Source: Candidatus Aminicenantales bacterium (GTDB taxonomy: Bacteria > Acidobacteriota > Aminicenantia > Aminicenantales > UBA4085). Taken from it: a stretch of 64,000 bases of DNA. This document shows positions 1-10,700 of this stretch, in pieces. The stretch spans positions 1-64,000 of the forward strand of contig JBEKTZ010000006.1 of NCBI GenBank assembly GCA_049515535.1, written 5' to 3'. Within the stretch, counting starts at the first letter, position 1, and every line of letters begins with the position of its first letter. The translations under genes were made by a program, and so were the position numbers. The notes beneath the pieces were generated by a model, which did not search any database, was not told where the DNA came from, and saw only the letters and a program-made list of their open reading frames with translations.

Positions 1-127
1 GAAAATCGATCATTTCGTCCAACATTCAAATGCCAGCGCCCAGGCTTTCGCCTGGACGGCCACGGCCGATTCCATCCTGGCCAAGATCAAGAGACTTTGC
101 CAATATATTTCCGAGACGGAACACTAG
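1..127 (+). mobile_element. IS630-family element, 3' end (transposase C-terminus; runs off the window)
   Basis: Frame 2..127 reads KIDHFVQHSNASAQAFAWTATADSILAKIKRLCQYISETEH*, resembling an IS630 transposase C-terminus. It ends in ...CACTAG, consistent with a TA target. Confidence 0.8.
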
Positions 128-498
128 GAGCGGTGACCGGCGAGATGAAGTCATTTTTGGAGCGGCTCATATTTCCCTATCTTGTGTATGATCGGGAACG
201 CTCATCCCTCTTCAAAAAGAAGATACCGGTCGGTTTCATTTATACCATGGGTGCGCCGGAGAACCGTATCAAAGAAGCGGGATACAATCAGCAATTTAAA
301 TTGATGGAAATGATTTTGAACAGGATTTTCGGAGGAGCATCAGAGTCGATGGTGGTCACCGATACTTATCAATTTGATGATTATTCCAAGTATGTGGTCA
401 CAGGAATGGATATTGAAGCTAAAGTTAAACGGCGACAGAAAGTATTTCCGACGGATTGCCAAAAAGCTTACGAAATGGGCGCAAGATTGGCCCGGTAA
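124..498 (+). pseudogene. Flavodoxin-like/NADPH-dependent FMN reductase family gene, 3' part, interrupted by IS630
   Basis: LGAVTGEMKSFLERL..PY, GFIYTM, DTYQFDDYSKY and FP.DCQKAYEMGARL motifs; the homology starts at the IS630 CTAG. Confidence 0.75.
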
Positions 499-624
499 TT
501 CACCTGCGGAAAGATCGAAAATTCGAATAAGCAAGCTGGAAGACGAATTAACATAGTCATCAGTATTCCAAAGATGGGAGGCATATTTTCCAGTAGTTAA
601 GCGTCAGATAAAAATTATTGAAAC

Positions 625-686
625 CAGGAACCTATAGCTTAAGAAGTCAGCTCGCGAGTCCGAAACCGCCTGACGACAAACAATTA
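625..686 (+). repeat. 62-bp repeat D, copy 1
   Basis: 56/62 identical to 7681-7742 by manual alignment. Confidence 0.85.
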
Positions 687-829
687 TGAAAATTGCTAAT
701 ATCTCAAATTATTTAGTGCGTTTGTATTAGTCTTTATCTTTACTCCCTGATACGGCACGATCTCAATAAGGCCAGAAGCATGGATCTCTTAAAGGACAGG
801 CCAAGACTTTTTTAGAAGAGAAAAGAAAA

Positions 830-980
830 GGCAAGTCGTCTCGATGAAGAGCGGCGCCAGGGCCTGATTATTGATTTCTGGACTTTGTTTCAGAACACGA
901 TGGGCAAGTCGTCTCGGGGAAAACAGAGAGCGGCGCTGGCGGGCTGAATATCGATTTTCATTTTCGAAAGGATTTTTCAG
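830..980 (+). repeat. Family A repeat, tandem (one full and one partial unit)
   Basis: GGCAAGTCGTC...GCGGCGCC..CTGATTATTGATTTCTGGACTTTGTTTCAGAACACGATGGGCAAGTCGTC...GCGGCGCTGGCGGGCTGAATATCGATTT. Confidence 0.9.
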
Positions 981-993
981 CCTCTTCCATTTC

Positions 994-2298
994 TTAACGT
1001 ATGATACTGCCGATCCCAGGTCCTGGTGGCTGCTGTTGCGTCGTCTGCTGCGTCTTGATCTGCGGGATTGGCAGTCCGATGACGACGTTGTCGCCTTCCT
1101 TCAGCTCGCCGCTCACCACCTCCTTCACCTCGGTGTAGCTCTTGTCAGCCACGCCCAGGCGGAGGGTGATTTGGCTCAGCGAACCGTCGGGATTCTGCTT
1201 CCAGACACGGCCAACGCTTTGACTCGCCTGGTCTGACTGGCCTGCGTCTTGCACCCTCGTACCTCTCGCCTTTTGCGGCGGAGACGCCTCGCTCGAAGTC
1301 GACTGTTGCACTTGCGTCTGCTGCGCGGCACCGGCTGCCTGATTAGACGGAATGAACCTGAGGGCTGAGTTCGGGACTCGAAGCACGTTATCAGCAGAAG
1401 CGGTGATGATGCTCGCAGTGGCCGTCATTCCAGGCCTGAGCTTCAGTGAAGGATTGTCCACGTCCACGATACAGGTGTAAGTGACGACGTTCTGCACCAC
1501 CGTGGCAGAAGACCTCACCTGCGTGAGTGAGCCCGCGAATTTTTCTCCTGGAAAAGCCGAGACTGTGAAGTTGACCTTCTGGCCTTCCGCCACCTTGCCG
1601 ATATCGGCTTCGTTAACGCTGCACTCAATCCTCATCTTGGATAAATTGTTCGCGATGGTGAAAAGCACGGGCGCTTGGAGGCTTGCCGCCACAGTCTGAC
1701 CGATGTTCATATTCCTGCTGATGACGACTCCATCGATGGGCGAGCGGATGGTGCAGTGGCCAAGATCGACTTTGCTTGCATCGAGCTGAGCCTTGGCTTG
1801 GCTCAGCTTGGACTCCGAAGTCTTTACGTTTGATAAGGCTGTCGAATAAGTCACCGTCGAAGTCTCTTTCTCCTCGACCGAAATTATGTTCTTTCCGAAC
1901 AGGTCCAGTGCCCGGTCGTTTTTCTTTTTCGCGTCTTCCGCGGCGACCTTGGCGTTGTCCACGCTTGTCTGTGCGCTTTCATAATTCGCTTGGTCCTGGC
2001 CGACCTGGGCTAGGAAATCAGAATTGTCCAGTTCGGCGAGCACCTGGTTGGCTTTTACAATTTGGTTGAAATCTACGTAGAGAGCTGATATCCGGCCTGA
2101 GACCTGGCTGCCGACTTCCACCAGAATGTAAGGGGTGAGCGTTCCTGACGCCGTGATGCTGGCTTCCACGTTTCCCTTCTTTATGGCCTCGGTGCGGTAT
2201 TGTGCGGCAACGCTTATCCGGCCGGGCTTTATGACGAAGAAGAATACGATGGCCGCCACGAGGATCAGCGCTGCCCCTCCGATTAAGAACTTCTTCAT
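994..2298 (-). CDS. Efflux membrane-fusion protein (MacA/HlyD-like)
   Basis: N-terminal TM, ASGTL.P...VEVGSQVSGRI, IRSPIDGVVISRN, LRPGMTA. Confidence 0.9.
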   Translation of the reverse strand: MKKFLIGGAALILVAAIVFFFVIKPGRISVAAQYRTEAIKKGNVEASITASGTLTPYILVEVGSQVSGRISALYVDFNQIVKANQVLAELDNSDFLAQVGQDQANYESAQTSVDNAKVAAEDAKKKNDRALDLFGKNIISVEEKETSTVTYSTALSNVKTSESKLSQAKAQLDASKVDLGHCTIRSPIDGVVISRNMNIGQTVAASLQAPVLFTIANNLSKMRIECSVNEADIGKVAEGQKVNFTVSAFPGEKFAGSLTQVRSSATVVQNVVTYTCIVDVDNPSLKLRPGMTATASIITASADNVLRVPNSALRFIPSNQAAGAAQQTQVQQSTSSEASPPQKARGTRVQDAGQSDQASQSVGRVWKQNPDGSLSQITLRLGVADKSYTEVKEVVSGELKEGDNVVIGLPIPQIKTQQTTQQQPPGPGIGSIIR

Positions 2299-2398
2299 GT
2301 TACCTCCTGTTGAATTACGAGATATGCTTGTTTTACATGAATGCGGGCTTGGCGATGGGATTAGGATTCATTGGACGCCGTGGCATGTTCCTGCGCCT

Positions 2399-3082
2399 TC
2401 ATCTCTGATTTCGCTCAGACCTGGTCTTTGCCTTCTCTTGAGCTTTGATCACGTCTTTTTTGAAGAACGCCCTGGCTTCAGCCAATTTTTTCTCTGCGAT
2501 CTCCAATCCTTGCTTGATGAGAGCCTCAGCCTTTTCTCCATTCTGAAGATACTCTCTCTTGCTCGTATCCCGGATTGCGTAATCCTGGAATAGCGACAGA
2601 TGTGGCGATGATTGCTCGACAGCCTTATCGGGAGCTTTCGGAGTTGCCGGAGGAGGAAGCGGCATGGGCGGGTGAGCAGGAGGCCGTGGTCCGCGTCGCA
2701 TCCTTGGGAGTGGAGGATGCCTTTTGTCGATGTGATACTTGATGCCGCCCAGCTCGAGGACCAGGCGCTGGACTCCGCCGAGGTTTTTGTCGTACTGCAC
2801 AAAGAAATCCAGGTTGGCCTCTGACTCGATGAACGGGTTGTTGAACAGGTAGAGACGCTCCTCTGACTCCATGGGGTGGAAGCTTTTGGCGTAGATCTGC
2901 TTGCTGAAGCTGAACAAGCTGGCCTTGTGCAGCCGAACCCACATGCCGGGACGATAATCGGCGTGTACGCGCGTGAACCATAGGTAGCCGGCGCAGAGTA
3001 CGATGATCACAACCGCCACTGTCGCGATCGCTTTGCCCTTTGGCTTCTTGCTGCCGATTGGACGAATAGAGCTATCTGTCAT
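2399..3082 (-). CDS. Hypothetical membrane-anchored protein inside the ABC exporter operon
   Basis: ATG at 3082 with an upstream AAGGGAG; one TM, Pro-rich linker, charged C-terminal helix. Confidence 0.65.
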   Translation of the reverse strand: MTDSSIRPIGSKKPKGKAIATVAVVIIVLCAGYLWFTRVHADYRPGMWVRLHKASLFSFSKQIYAKSFHPMESEERLYLFNNPFIESEANLDFFVQYDKNLGGVQRLVLELGGIKYHIDKRHPPLPRMRRGPRPPAHPPMPLPPPATPKAPDKAVEQSSPHLSLFQDYAIRDTSKREYLQNGEKAEALIKQGLEIAEKKLAEARAFFKKDVIKAQEKAKTRSERNQR

Positions 3083-3116
3083 GATGCACTCCCTTATATT
3101 CCTCGCATTTTTTTGC

Positions 3117-4367
3117 CTATTCGTATCGTAAAGCTTCGATCGGATCCATATGCGCGGCTTTCCTGGCCGGATAATACCCGAAGAAGATGCCGACGAAGGC
3201 GGAGAATCCGAACGCGAGCAGAACCGAGCCTGTCGAGACAATGGTGGTTATCGTGGCGAACATAGGGATGAAGTGCAACAGCTTCGAGGCGCCGAAGCCT
3301 AGGAGTATCCCGAGGATGCCGCCGACAATGCTGAGTACCACAGCCTCGAAAAGAAACTGGACGAGGATGTCGATTTTCTGCGCGCCGATCGCCATGCGGA
3401 TTCCGATCTCTCGGATGCGCTCGGAGACGGAGACCAGCATGATGTTCATGATGCCAATCCCGCCGACGAGCAGCGAGATGGAGGCGATGCTGCCGAGCAG
3501 TACGGTGAGGATGTTGGTGGAGTCGGCTGCGCTCTCAGCGATGTCGGCCATGTTCCGAACAGTGAAATTGTCCGATGCTCCCGGCTCCAACTTGTTGTAC
3601 TCTCGCATGAGCTCGGTGATCTCAGTCATGGCCGAGTCAGTGGATTCCTCGTTCACGGCGCTGATCTGGATTGAGCTGAGGGTGGGAGTCCCGCCTCCGA
3701 TGAGACGTTCCGAAATAGTGGTGTACGGTGCGAGGATCATGTCATCCCTGCTTCCCCCCGGACCTCCGGACTGGCCCTTTGCCTTCAACACGCCGATCAC
3801 GGTGAACGGAACATTCCTGATTCGGATGATCTGCCCGATGGGATCGGTGCCGGGGAAGAGGTTCGTGACTGTATCAGCGCCCAGAACGCAAACCGTTGCG
3901 CCAGAGTCCACTTCAGTCTGCTCAAAGAACCTGCCCGAGTAAGTGGAGTCGAGAGTCCAGTTTCCGATGATATCGAAATTCTCGTTAACCCCTTGGATCA
4001 AGGTATTCCAGTTCTTGTTCTCGAAGATGACCTGGCTTCGAGTCTGATAAACAGGGGAAGCGAAGCCAACGCTGGGGCAACGATCCAGGATGAGCTGGAC
4101 CACCTCGAGATTCAGAGGAATGCTTCCTGCGCCGCTCTGCGCCCCACCCGTCATTCGGCTTCCGGAAGAGACTGTGAGATTGTTGGTGCCCATGGCATTG
4201 AATCTTGCCTCGACCGCTTCCCTGGCGCCGGCTCCGATGCTCACCATCGCGATGACGGCACCGACGCCGATGATGATGCCGAGCATTGTCAAGGCCGTGC
4301 GCATCTTGTTCCTGGTCAAGGCGCGAAACGAGAGCCTGAAGATGCGAATCATTCTTCTTAATTTCAT
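3117..4367 (-). CDS. MacB/FtsX-like ABC transporter permease
   Basis: RTALTMLGIIIGVGAVIAMVSIG, GGIGIMNIMLVSVSERIREIGIRMAIGA, PIEALRYE. Confidence 0.95.
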   Translation of the reverse strand: MKLRRMIRIFRLSFRALTRNKMRTALTMLGIIIGVGAVIAMVSIGAGAREAVEARFNAMGTNNLTVSSGSRMTGGAQSGAGSIPLNLEVVQLILDRCPSVGFASPVYQTRSQVIFENKNWNTLIQGVNENFDIIGNWTLDSTYSGRFFEQTEVDSGATVCVLGADTVTNLFPGTDPIGQIIRIRNVPFTVIGVLKAKGQSGGPGGSRDDMILAPYTTISERLIGGGTPTLSSIQISAVNEESTDSAMTEITELMREYNKLEPGASDNFTVRNMADIAESAADSTNILTVLLGSIASISLLVGGIGIMNIMLVSVSERIREIGIRMAIGAQKIDILVQFLFEAVVLSIVGGILGILLGFGASKLLHFIPMFATITTIVSTGSVLLAFGFSAFVGIFFGYYPARKAAHMDPIEALRYE

Positions 4368-5080
4368 CGCGTTCCTCCTTGCCTGATGTCGAACTTCACA
4401 TCTTCTCTGTCGATCAAGCCGTCCTTCACATGGATCACTCGGTTAGCATAAGCCGCGATATCCGACTCGTGCGTGACGAGTATGATGGTGATCTTCTTTT
4501 CCCTGTTCATGTCCAGGACGATCTTCATCACGTCTTCGCTCATCTTGGAATCCAGGTTTCCCGTTGGCTCGTCCGCCAAGATAAGGCTTGGGTTGTTCAC
4601 CAAGGAGCGGGCGATGGCCACTCTCTGTTGCTCTCCTCCGGAAAGCTGGTTCGTGTTATGCGTTTCCCGGCCCTCGAGCCCGACGAGCTTCAACGCCTTG
4701 AGCGCTCGCTCCCTGCTTTGCTTACCGCTCACGTCGGCGTAAAGCATGGGCAATTCCACGTTCTCTCGGGCAGAGGTGCGCTTGAGAAGGTTGAAGCTCT
4801 GGAATACAAAGCCGATGCTCGTGTTACGCAGGATAGCGAGGCTCCTGTCGCTTAGCCTGGAAACGGCTTGGTCATCTATGAAATAAGTTCCCGAAGTCGG
4901 CCTGTCCAGGCAGCCTAGGATGTTCATCAACGTGCTCTTGCCTGAGCCGGACGGGCCCATAATGGCGACGAAATCGCCGCGAAGCACGTTGTAGGTGATC
5001 CCTCTCAGAGCCCGTACGTCGACCTCGCCGACATGATACGTTCGCACGATATTTTCAAGCCTGATTAATGCAGGATTCAT
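4364..5080 (-). CDS. ABC transporter ATP-binding protein (MacB/LolD type)
   Basis: Walker [32 protein letters not shown]. Confidence 0.95.
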   Translation of the reverse strand: MNPALIRLENIVRTYHVGEVDVRALRGITYNVLRGDFVAIMGPSGSGKSTLMNILGCLDRPTSGTYFIDDQAVSRLSDRSLAILRNTSIGFVFQSFNLLKRTSARENVELPMLYADVSGKQSRERALKALKLVGLEGRETHNTNQLSGGEQQRVAIARSLVNNPSLILADEPTGNLDSKMSEDVMKIVLDMNREKKITIILVTHESDIAAYANRVIHVKDGLIDREDVKFDIRQGGTR

Positions 5081-5250
5081 GGTTTTCTCCGGTGGTGAAT
5101 AAGACTGTTTTCAATTTCGTTTAAAGGAAAAGCCATCATAAAATCTCTTCGATCGCCAAATCGATAAAGAGGAAGATTTTTACTACAATAGCTAGAACTC
5201 ATTATAAGACGTTTCTCCAGAAAGTTCTATCGGGATGTACCAGTGAACCC

Positions 5251-5370
5251 GATCCAATCCCGGGCAAGTCGTCGGGGGGGAAGATAGAGAGTTGCGCTAG
5301 CGGCTGAATATGGATTTCTGGACGGGGTTACAGAACATCCCTGGGCAAGGAGGCGAAGAAAAAAAAGGAA
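5251..5370 (+). repeat. Family A repeat
   Basis: CCCGGGCAAGTCGTCG...GCGGCTGAATATGGATTTCTGGACGGGGTTACAGAACATCCCTGGGCAAGG. Confidence 0.9.
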
Positions 5371-5543
5371 GTATATAGTTCATTAGCGCTGAACTCGCTC
5401 ATTGGATTATGCGACTTGCGGATCTGGATTCGCTCAGGAAAGATGAGGAGTATGGGAGGTTGATGAAGAAATATTTTTCAGAGGGGCAGGTGGCCTAATG
5501 AGCAGGGGCAGTTCAGTGAAACGATGAGGCAGAACAGCCCGGC

Positions 5544-6146
5544 TTACTGGATTTTAGCAGACATCTGCTTGACCAGATCCTCGACAGCCTTGCGAAGCGC
5601 CTGTGCGTTCGGTGTGTTTCCTCCCGCTTCCTTGTCCGAATTGATGCTTCCCCATTCAGTGGAGACATCTGCGCTGACTGATCTATCCGTTTTGCTCCCG
5701 CTTGCACGGAAGCTCTCGATGAGCGTCCCGGTGGAAACCGAAATCAGATCGCCCTGGATAACCACGGATGCTGTGACTGTCTGCAACGAAGTTCCAAGCG
5801 ACTGCCCGAGAACCGAAATCCCGCCTACTCCCGATGAGCTCTTGCTGACCTCCGCCTCGAGGATCGTTCCAATAACCACGTAGTCCACTCCGTTTTTCTT
5901 CCCCAGCTCCACCGCCTTGTCGAAATCTATGGGTGTGGGTTCTTCGTCTTTGGGCTTGGGAACTTGAATGAATTTCGGTATGTACTTCTTGTTCTTCAAA
6001 AACTCAGATCGAATGAATTTTGCTACTTGATCTCCAAGTTCCGGGCCGGCGTTCGCTGCGTCTTCGAATGGAAGGACTCCGATCTTTTGCGCCCATACAA
6101 ACGAAGGGACTAGCGCTAGCAACAACGCGGCGATGAATACCTTCAT
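5544..6146 (-). CDS. Secreted CsgG/FlgO-like alpha/beta protein
   Basis: Signal peptide, KIGVLPFED, AVELGKKNGVDYVVIGTI, ALRKAVEDLV. Confidence 0.7.
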   Translation of the reverse strand: MKVFIAALLLALVPSFVWAQKIGVLPFEDAANAGPELGDQVAKFIRSEFLKNKKYIPKFIQVPKPKDEEPTPIDFDKAVELGKKNGVDYVVIGTILEAEVSKSSSGVGGISVLGQSLGTSLQTVTASVVIQGDLISVSTGTLIESFRASGSKTDRSVSADVSTEWGSINSDKEAGGNTPNAQALRKAVEDLVKQMSAKIQ

Positions 6147-6189
6147 GCTGCACCTCCTTTGGAATTGCCTTGCGATGTAGGAATCCCCG

Positions 6190-6265
6190 CGAGAACGGCT
6201 TTTCTCACGGCATCCTCGTAGTCGGCGGATTCCAGGAATGCGATAATGGCCTCCGGGACCGATCG
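6190..6265 (-). pseudogene. ADP-ribosylglycohydrolase fragment
   Basis: SVPEAIIAFLESADYEDAVRKAV resembles the DraG/ARH segment that precedes the GGDSDT motif. Confidence 0.6.
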
Positions 6266-6281
6266 ACTTTCCGCTGACCTC

Positions 6282-7334
6282 TTAGCGTCCATAAACCAGC
6301 AGGCGGAACGTTCCCGGAATCGCAACCGGATTCGAACGGGGCCGATCCGGTGTGGGAGCCGGAGGCGAATTAAAATCCGACGTAGTCAGGAAGAGATTGT
6401 GAGTCTTGGGATCGAGCGCCATCGTTTTGGCCCCGACCTCGGTCTTGACTGTCTGAACCTCGCTGTACTTCTCGGGCGAGTCTTCGTGGAAGATATGGAT
6501 CATGCCATCACGGGTCGAGGTGAATATAAGCCCAGTCTCCGGCTCATAGACAGTGGCGTCCGCCCCGCCACTGATGGGGAATGACTGGATGACTTTGCCG
6601 TTGTCGGCATTCATGACGACGAGGAACTGTGGGTTGCGGCCTGCGGAGAATAGCCGACGATGCACCGTGTCCATCGCCAGAGCTGTAGGGGCTCCAGCCG
6701 GCGCGACGGGCCACCGGGCTTTGATCCCGAGCGCTTCGGAATCTATCACCACGACCTCGTTTGTTTCTTCATTGTTGTTGTAGACCACTCCCTTGCCATC
6801 GGCGACCGCGTTTTCGGGACCACCGCCCAAGGGGATGGTCTTGACCACAGTCCCCTTGACGGGATCGATCACCGTCGTGTTTTTGGCGTTTCCGTTGAAC
6901 GAAAATATGCGCTTTGATGCCGGATCGTAGACGATAGCGTCCGCATCGGGTTCGGCTTTGACTTCGCCCGTAATTTTTAAAGTCGCGATGTCGACAATGA
7001 ACACTTTGCCCAGGCTGCCGTCAGTGATAAATCCTTTGCCAAGATCCTTGACTAAAACGATCCCATGGCACCGTTCCAAGCCGGAGATTGTGCCCACCAC
7101 GGCATAGCTATCGGCATCGAGCACCTTAATCTCAGTGCCGTGCGAGAGGTAAAGACGGCGCGCTGCAGGGTCAATCGTAATATAGTCAAAATACTCCTTC
7201 CCACCCGGTGCCGCGCTAAGAGGGACTTTCTTAATCAGGTGATAATTGACCACCTGCGGACCTGCAAGAACCACAGTGCTAAGCAATAGAAAAGATACAC
7301 AGACGGCAAAACGGCACGAACTCGAAATGTTCAT
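6282..7334 (-). CDS. YncE-family beta-propeller protein (secreted)
   Basis: Signal peptide, FDYITIDPAARRLYLSHGT, repeated blades, GAKTMALDPKTH; start placed at MNISS. Confidence 0.85.
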   Translation of the reverse strand: MNISSSCRFAVCVSFLLLSTVVLAGPQVVNYHLIKKVPLSAAPGGKEYFDYITIDPAARRLYLSHGTEIKVLDADSYAVVGTISGLERCHGIVLVKDLGKGFITDGSLGKVFIVDIATLKITGEVKAEPDADAIVYDPASKRIFSFNGNAKNTTVIDPVKGTVVKTIPLGGGPENAVADGKGVVYNNNEETNEVVVIDSEALGIKARWPVAPAGAPTALAMDTVHRRLFSAGRNPQFLVVMNADNGKVIQSFPISGGADATVYEPETGLIFTSTRDGMIHIFHEDSPEKYSEVQTVKTEVGAKTMALDPKTHNLFLTTSDFNSPPAPTPDRPRSNPVAIPGTFRLLVYGR

Positions 7335-7500
7335 GAAAACTCTCCCTTCCATTAGTGGGTTGCGGGGACGGACGTACGCCACACGCCTCGCTTCGATGCC
7401 CGTCGGCAAAGCCAAGTTTTGATGTGACAAAAAAATTATACTCCAATCGTTCCCTTCCGGCAAGGCAGCATAAGGTTAGAAGAATTTCTTTTTTGTGTTT

Positions 7501-7597
7501 GGAGAAGAAGAGCGGCGCCGGCGGCTGGGTATCGATTTCTTGATGTTATTTCAGGACACCCAGGATAAGGAGGAGAGGGGGGAACAGGAGGGAGGGC
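7501..7597 (+). repeat. Family A repeat
   Basis: GCGGCGCCGGCGGCTGGGTATCGATTTCTTGATGTTATTTCAGGACACCCAGGATAAG followed by a G/A tract. Confidence 0.9.
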
Positions 7598-7680
7598 GAC
7601 TATGAGGATAAAGAGGGAGTTGAACCGATTGGCTATACTCGAATCCTTGCCAAACGGTGTCAGCTGAATTACCATGAGAG

Positions 7681-7742
7681 CAGGAACCTGTAGCTTAAGA
7701 AATCAGCAAGCGAGTCCGAAACCGCCTAACGACGAACAATTA
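7681..7742 (+). repeat. 62-bp repeat D, copy 2
   Basis: 56/62 identical to 625-686. Confidence 0.85.
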
Positions 7743-7781
7743 CGGGCCGAAAGCCATCTTGAACTAAGGAATGAGGAGAAA

Positions 7782-10700
7782 ATGAAAACAAAGACGAGGC
7801 TCATTTTTCTGGTTGTTTTTTTTACCGCTGCTATCTGCCTTGCTCAGTCCGGAGGCAAGGCCGGAGAAGCAGCCAAGCCTGCTCCAATGCACTTTGATCA
7901 GAATCTGATCCAGGGAATGAAGTGGAGGCTCGTGGGTCCGTTCCGAGGAGGCCGCGTTCTTGCCGTTGAGGGAATCGTCAATGAGCCGAATGTTTATTAC
8001 ATGGGAGCCGTGGCCGGCGGTGTGTGGAAAACAACCGACGGAGGGCACAACTGGAACCCCCTCTTTGACCGGCAATCCGTATCTTCGATTGGCAGCATGG
8101 CTGTGGCACCTTCAAATCACACCATCGTTTATGCGGGTTCGGGGGAAGCTTGCATTCGCGGAGATATCTCCTACGGAGATGGAGTTTATAAGTCTACAGA
8201 TGCCGGCAGAACCTGGAAAAACGTGGGGCTTCGCGATACACGCCACATTGGCGCTGTTATTGTTGATCCCCAGAATCCGGACGTCGTTTTCGTCGCAGCT
8301 CTAGGACACGCTTACGGTCCCAACTCGGAGCGCGGATTATTTCGCTCAATGGATGGCGGCACCACGTGGAGCAAGGTTTTATCCAAGGACGATAAGACAG
8401 GTGCAGTCGACGTTGTGTTTGATCCGGGCAACAGCAGCATTCTTTATGCCACGTTATGGGAGGTCTATCGAACGCCTTATAGTCTCTCCAGCGGCGGACC
8501 CGGGGGCGGACTTTACAAGTCCGTCGATCGCGGCTTAACTTGGAATCGGGTGGGTGGGAAAGGGTTTCCGGCAGGCGTCCTTGGCCGGATCGGCGTTTCC
8601 GTTTCAGGCGGCGACTCGAATCGAGTCTATGCCCTGATTGAAGCCGAAGAGAGCGGCTTGTATCGTTCCGATGATGCGGGAGAGAGTTGGATCAAAGTGA
8701 ACGATGATGGGCGCATTCGCCAGCGCCCTTGGTATTACTGTCATGTGTTCGCCGATCCTAAGTCGGCAGACACGGTTTACGTTCTGAACACGGGTCTGTT
8801 GCGATCGATTGACGGAGGGAAATCATTCAACTTGCTGCCTGCGCCACATGGAGACCATCACGGCCTTTGGATCGACCCCACGAATCCGGAGCGTATGATC
8901 AACGGTAACGACGGGGGCGCCAGCATTACGACGGATGGCGGCAAGACGTGGACCACACAAGAAAACCAACCCACTGCGCAATTCTATCACGTCGCGACGG
9001 ACAATCGCTTTCCTTACTTTATCTACGGAGCGCAGCAGGACAATACATCGATCGCCATCGCGAGCATGGATGACGAGGGCGCGATCGGGCGCCAGGACTG
9101 GTACCCCGTCGGAAGCGGCGAGTGCGGATACATCGCTCCGGATCCGCGGGACAGCAGCATTGTCTACGCCGGCGCGGAAGGCTTGCTCACGCGCTTCGAT
9201 AAGCGCAGCGAGCAGGCGAGCGATATCAGTGTCTGGCCGCTGGACGTATCCGGTCACGGGGCTGAGAGCCTTAAATACCGTTTCCAATGGACTTCGCCGA
9301 TGTTCCTTTCACCGCACGATCCCGACGTGATTTACATTGCTGCGGAGAGGGTGTTCAAGTCTATCGATCACGGCCAGAGCTGGAAAGCCATCAGCGGAGA
9401 TCTCACCCGGAATGACAAGAGCAAGCAAAAGCCATCGGGGGGACCGCTGACTAAGGACATTACCAGCGTAGAGTACTATGACACGATCTTTGCGCTTGCC
9501 GAATCTCCCTTAAAAAAAGGAATGCTGTGGGCAGGAACAGACGACGGGCTGGTCCACATAAGCATGGATGACGGACAGAACTGGTCAAATGTCACTCCCA
9601 AGCAGTTGCCGGAATGGAGCATGATCAGCATCATCGACCCCTCTGCGCATGACGCCGGAACCGCCTACATTGCGGTAGATCGTCATAAGCTCGACGATTA
9701 CCGACCCTACATCTATAAAACCAGTGACTACGGGAAGTCCTGGTCGTTTATCGTCAGCGGAATCCCAGAAGGCACGTACGTCCATGCGGTCCGCGAAGAT
9801 CCCAAACGGAAGGGCCTCCTCTATGCAGGAACCGAAATCGGCGTTTTTTTCTCACTGGATGATGGTGGCCACTGGAACTCTCTTCAGCTCAACCTGCCGA
9901 CGGCGCCGATTCATGATCTCGTAATAAAAAACAACGACCTTGTTGTTGCCACCCATGGCCGCTCTTTTTGGGTACTGGACGATATCGTGCCTCTACGACA
10001 GATTGATTCCACTGCAGCGAATCAGGAGATGCTTCTCTTTACCCCGCAGCCAGCTTATCGCCTGCATTACCCGGGCCAAGTCGATCGCCGCCGTCCTGTT
10101 GGGGAGAACCCGCCGCCGGGAGCGATCATCGACTATTATTTTAAAGAGGCGCCCAAAGGCGAGATTACACTTCAGATCATCGACAACGAAGGGAAGCCGG
10201 TGAGAACGCTCTCGAGCATTGAGAAAAAGGAGGCCGAACAGCCGCCCGAATGGCCCGGCCAGGTGAGGGAGATGAAGACGATTCCTGCCTCCGCGGGGAT
10301 GAAACGCTACGTCTGGAATTTACGCTTCGATGATCCCATCAAGGTGCCGGGAGCTTTCTACAGTGAAGGTGGACCGCGAGGGCCGTTGGTACTTCCAGGC
10401 AAATATCAGATCAAACTGACGGCGGACGGCCGAACACAGTCTGCAGCTCTCGAGGTATTGGCGGACCCGCGGGTGAAAGTTCCTGCCGCGGATCTGGAAA
10501 AGCAGTTCGATCTTTCCATGCGGATCTATCATAGTATCAGCAGGATGCACGAGGCCATCAACCAGATCCGTGATCTCAAGTCACAAATCCAATCGCTGCG
10601 CAAGCGTTTAGAGGACGATCCGAAGCTGAAGCCTCTCGTCGCCGCCTCCGAAGATCTAGAAAAAAAGCTGTCGCTGGTGGAAGAAAAGCTGATCCAAGTG

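Noticed and set aside
830..980. Family A as rho-independent terminators
   Set aside because: There is no stem followed by a U-tract, and the orientation does not follow that of the upstream gene.
7681..7760. Repeat D as an attC site or hammerhead ribozyme
   Set aside because: GCCTAAC has no downstream GTTRRRY partner and there is no integrase in the window. The GAAAC and CTGACGA words are too close to form hammerhead stems.
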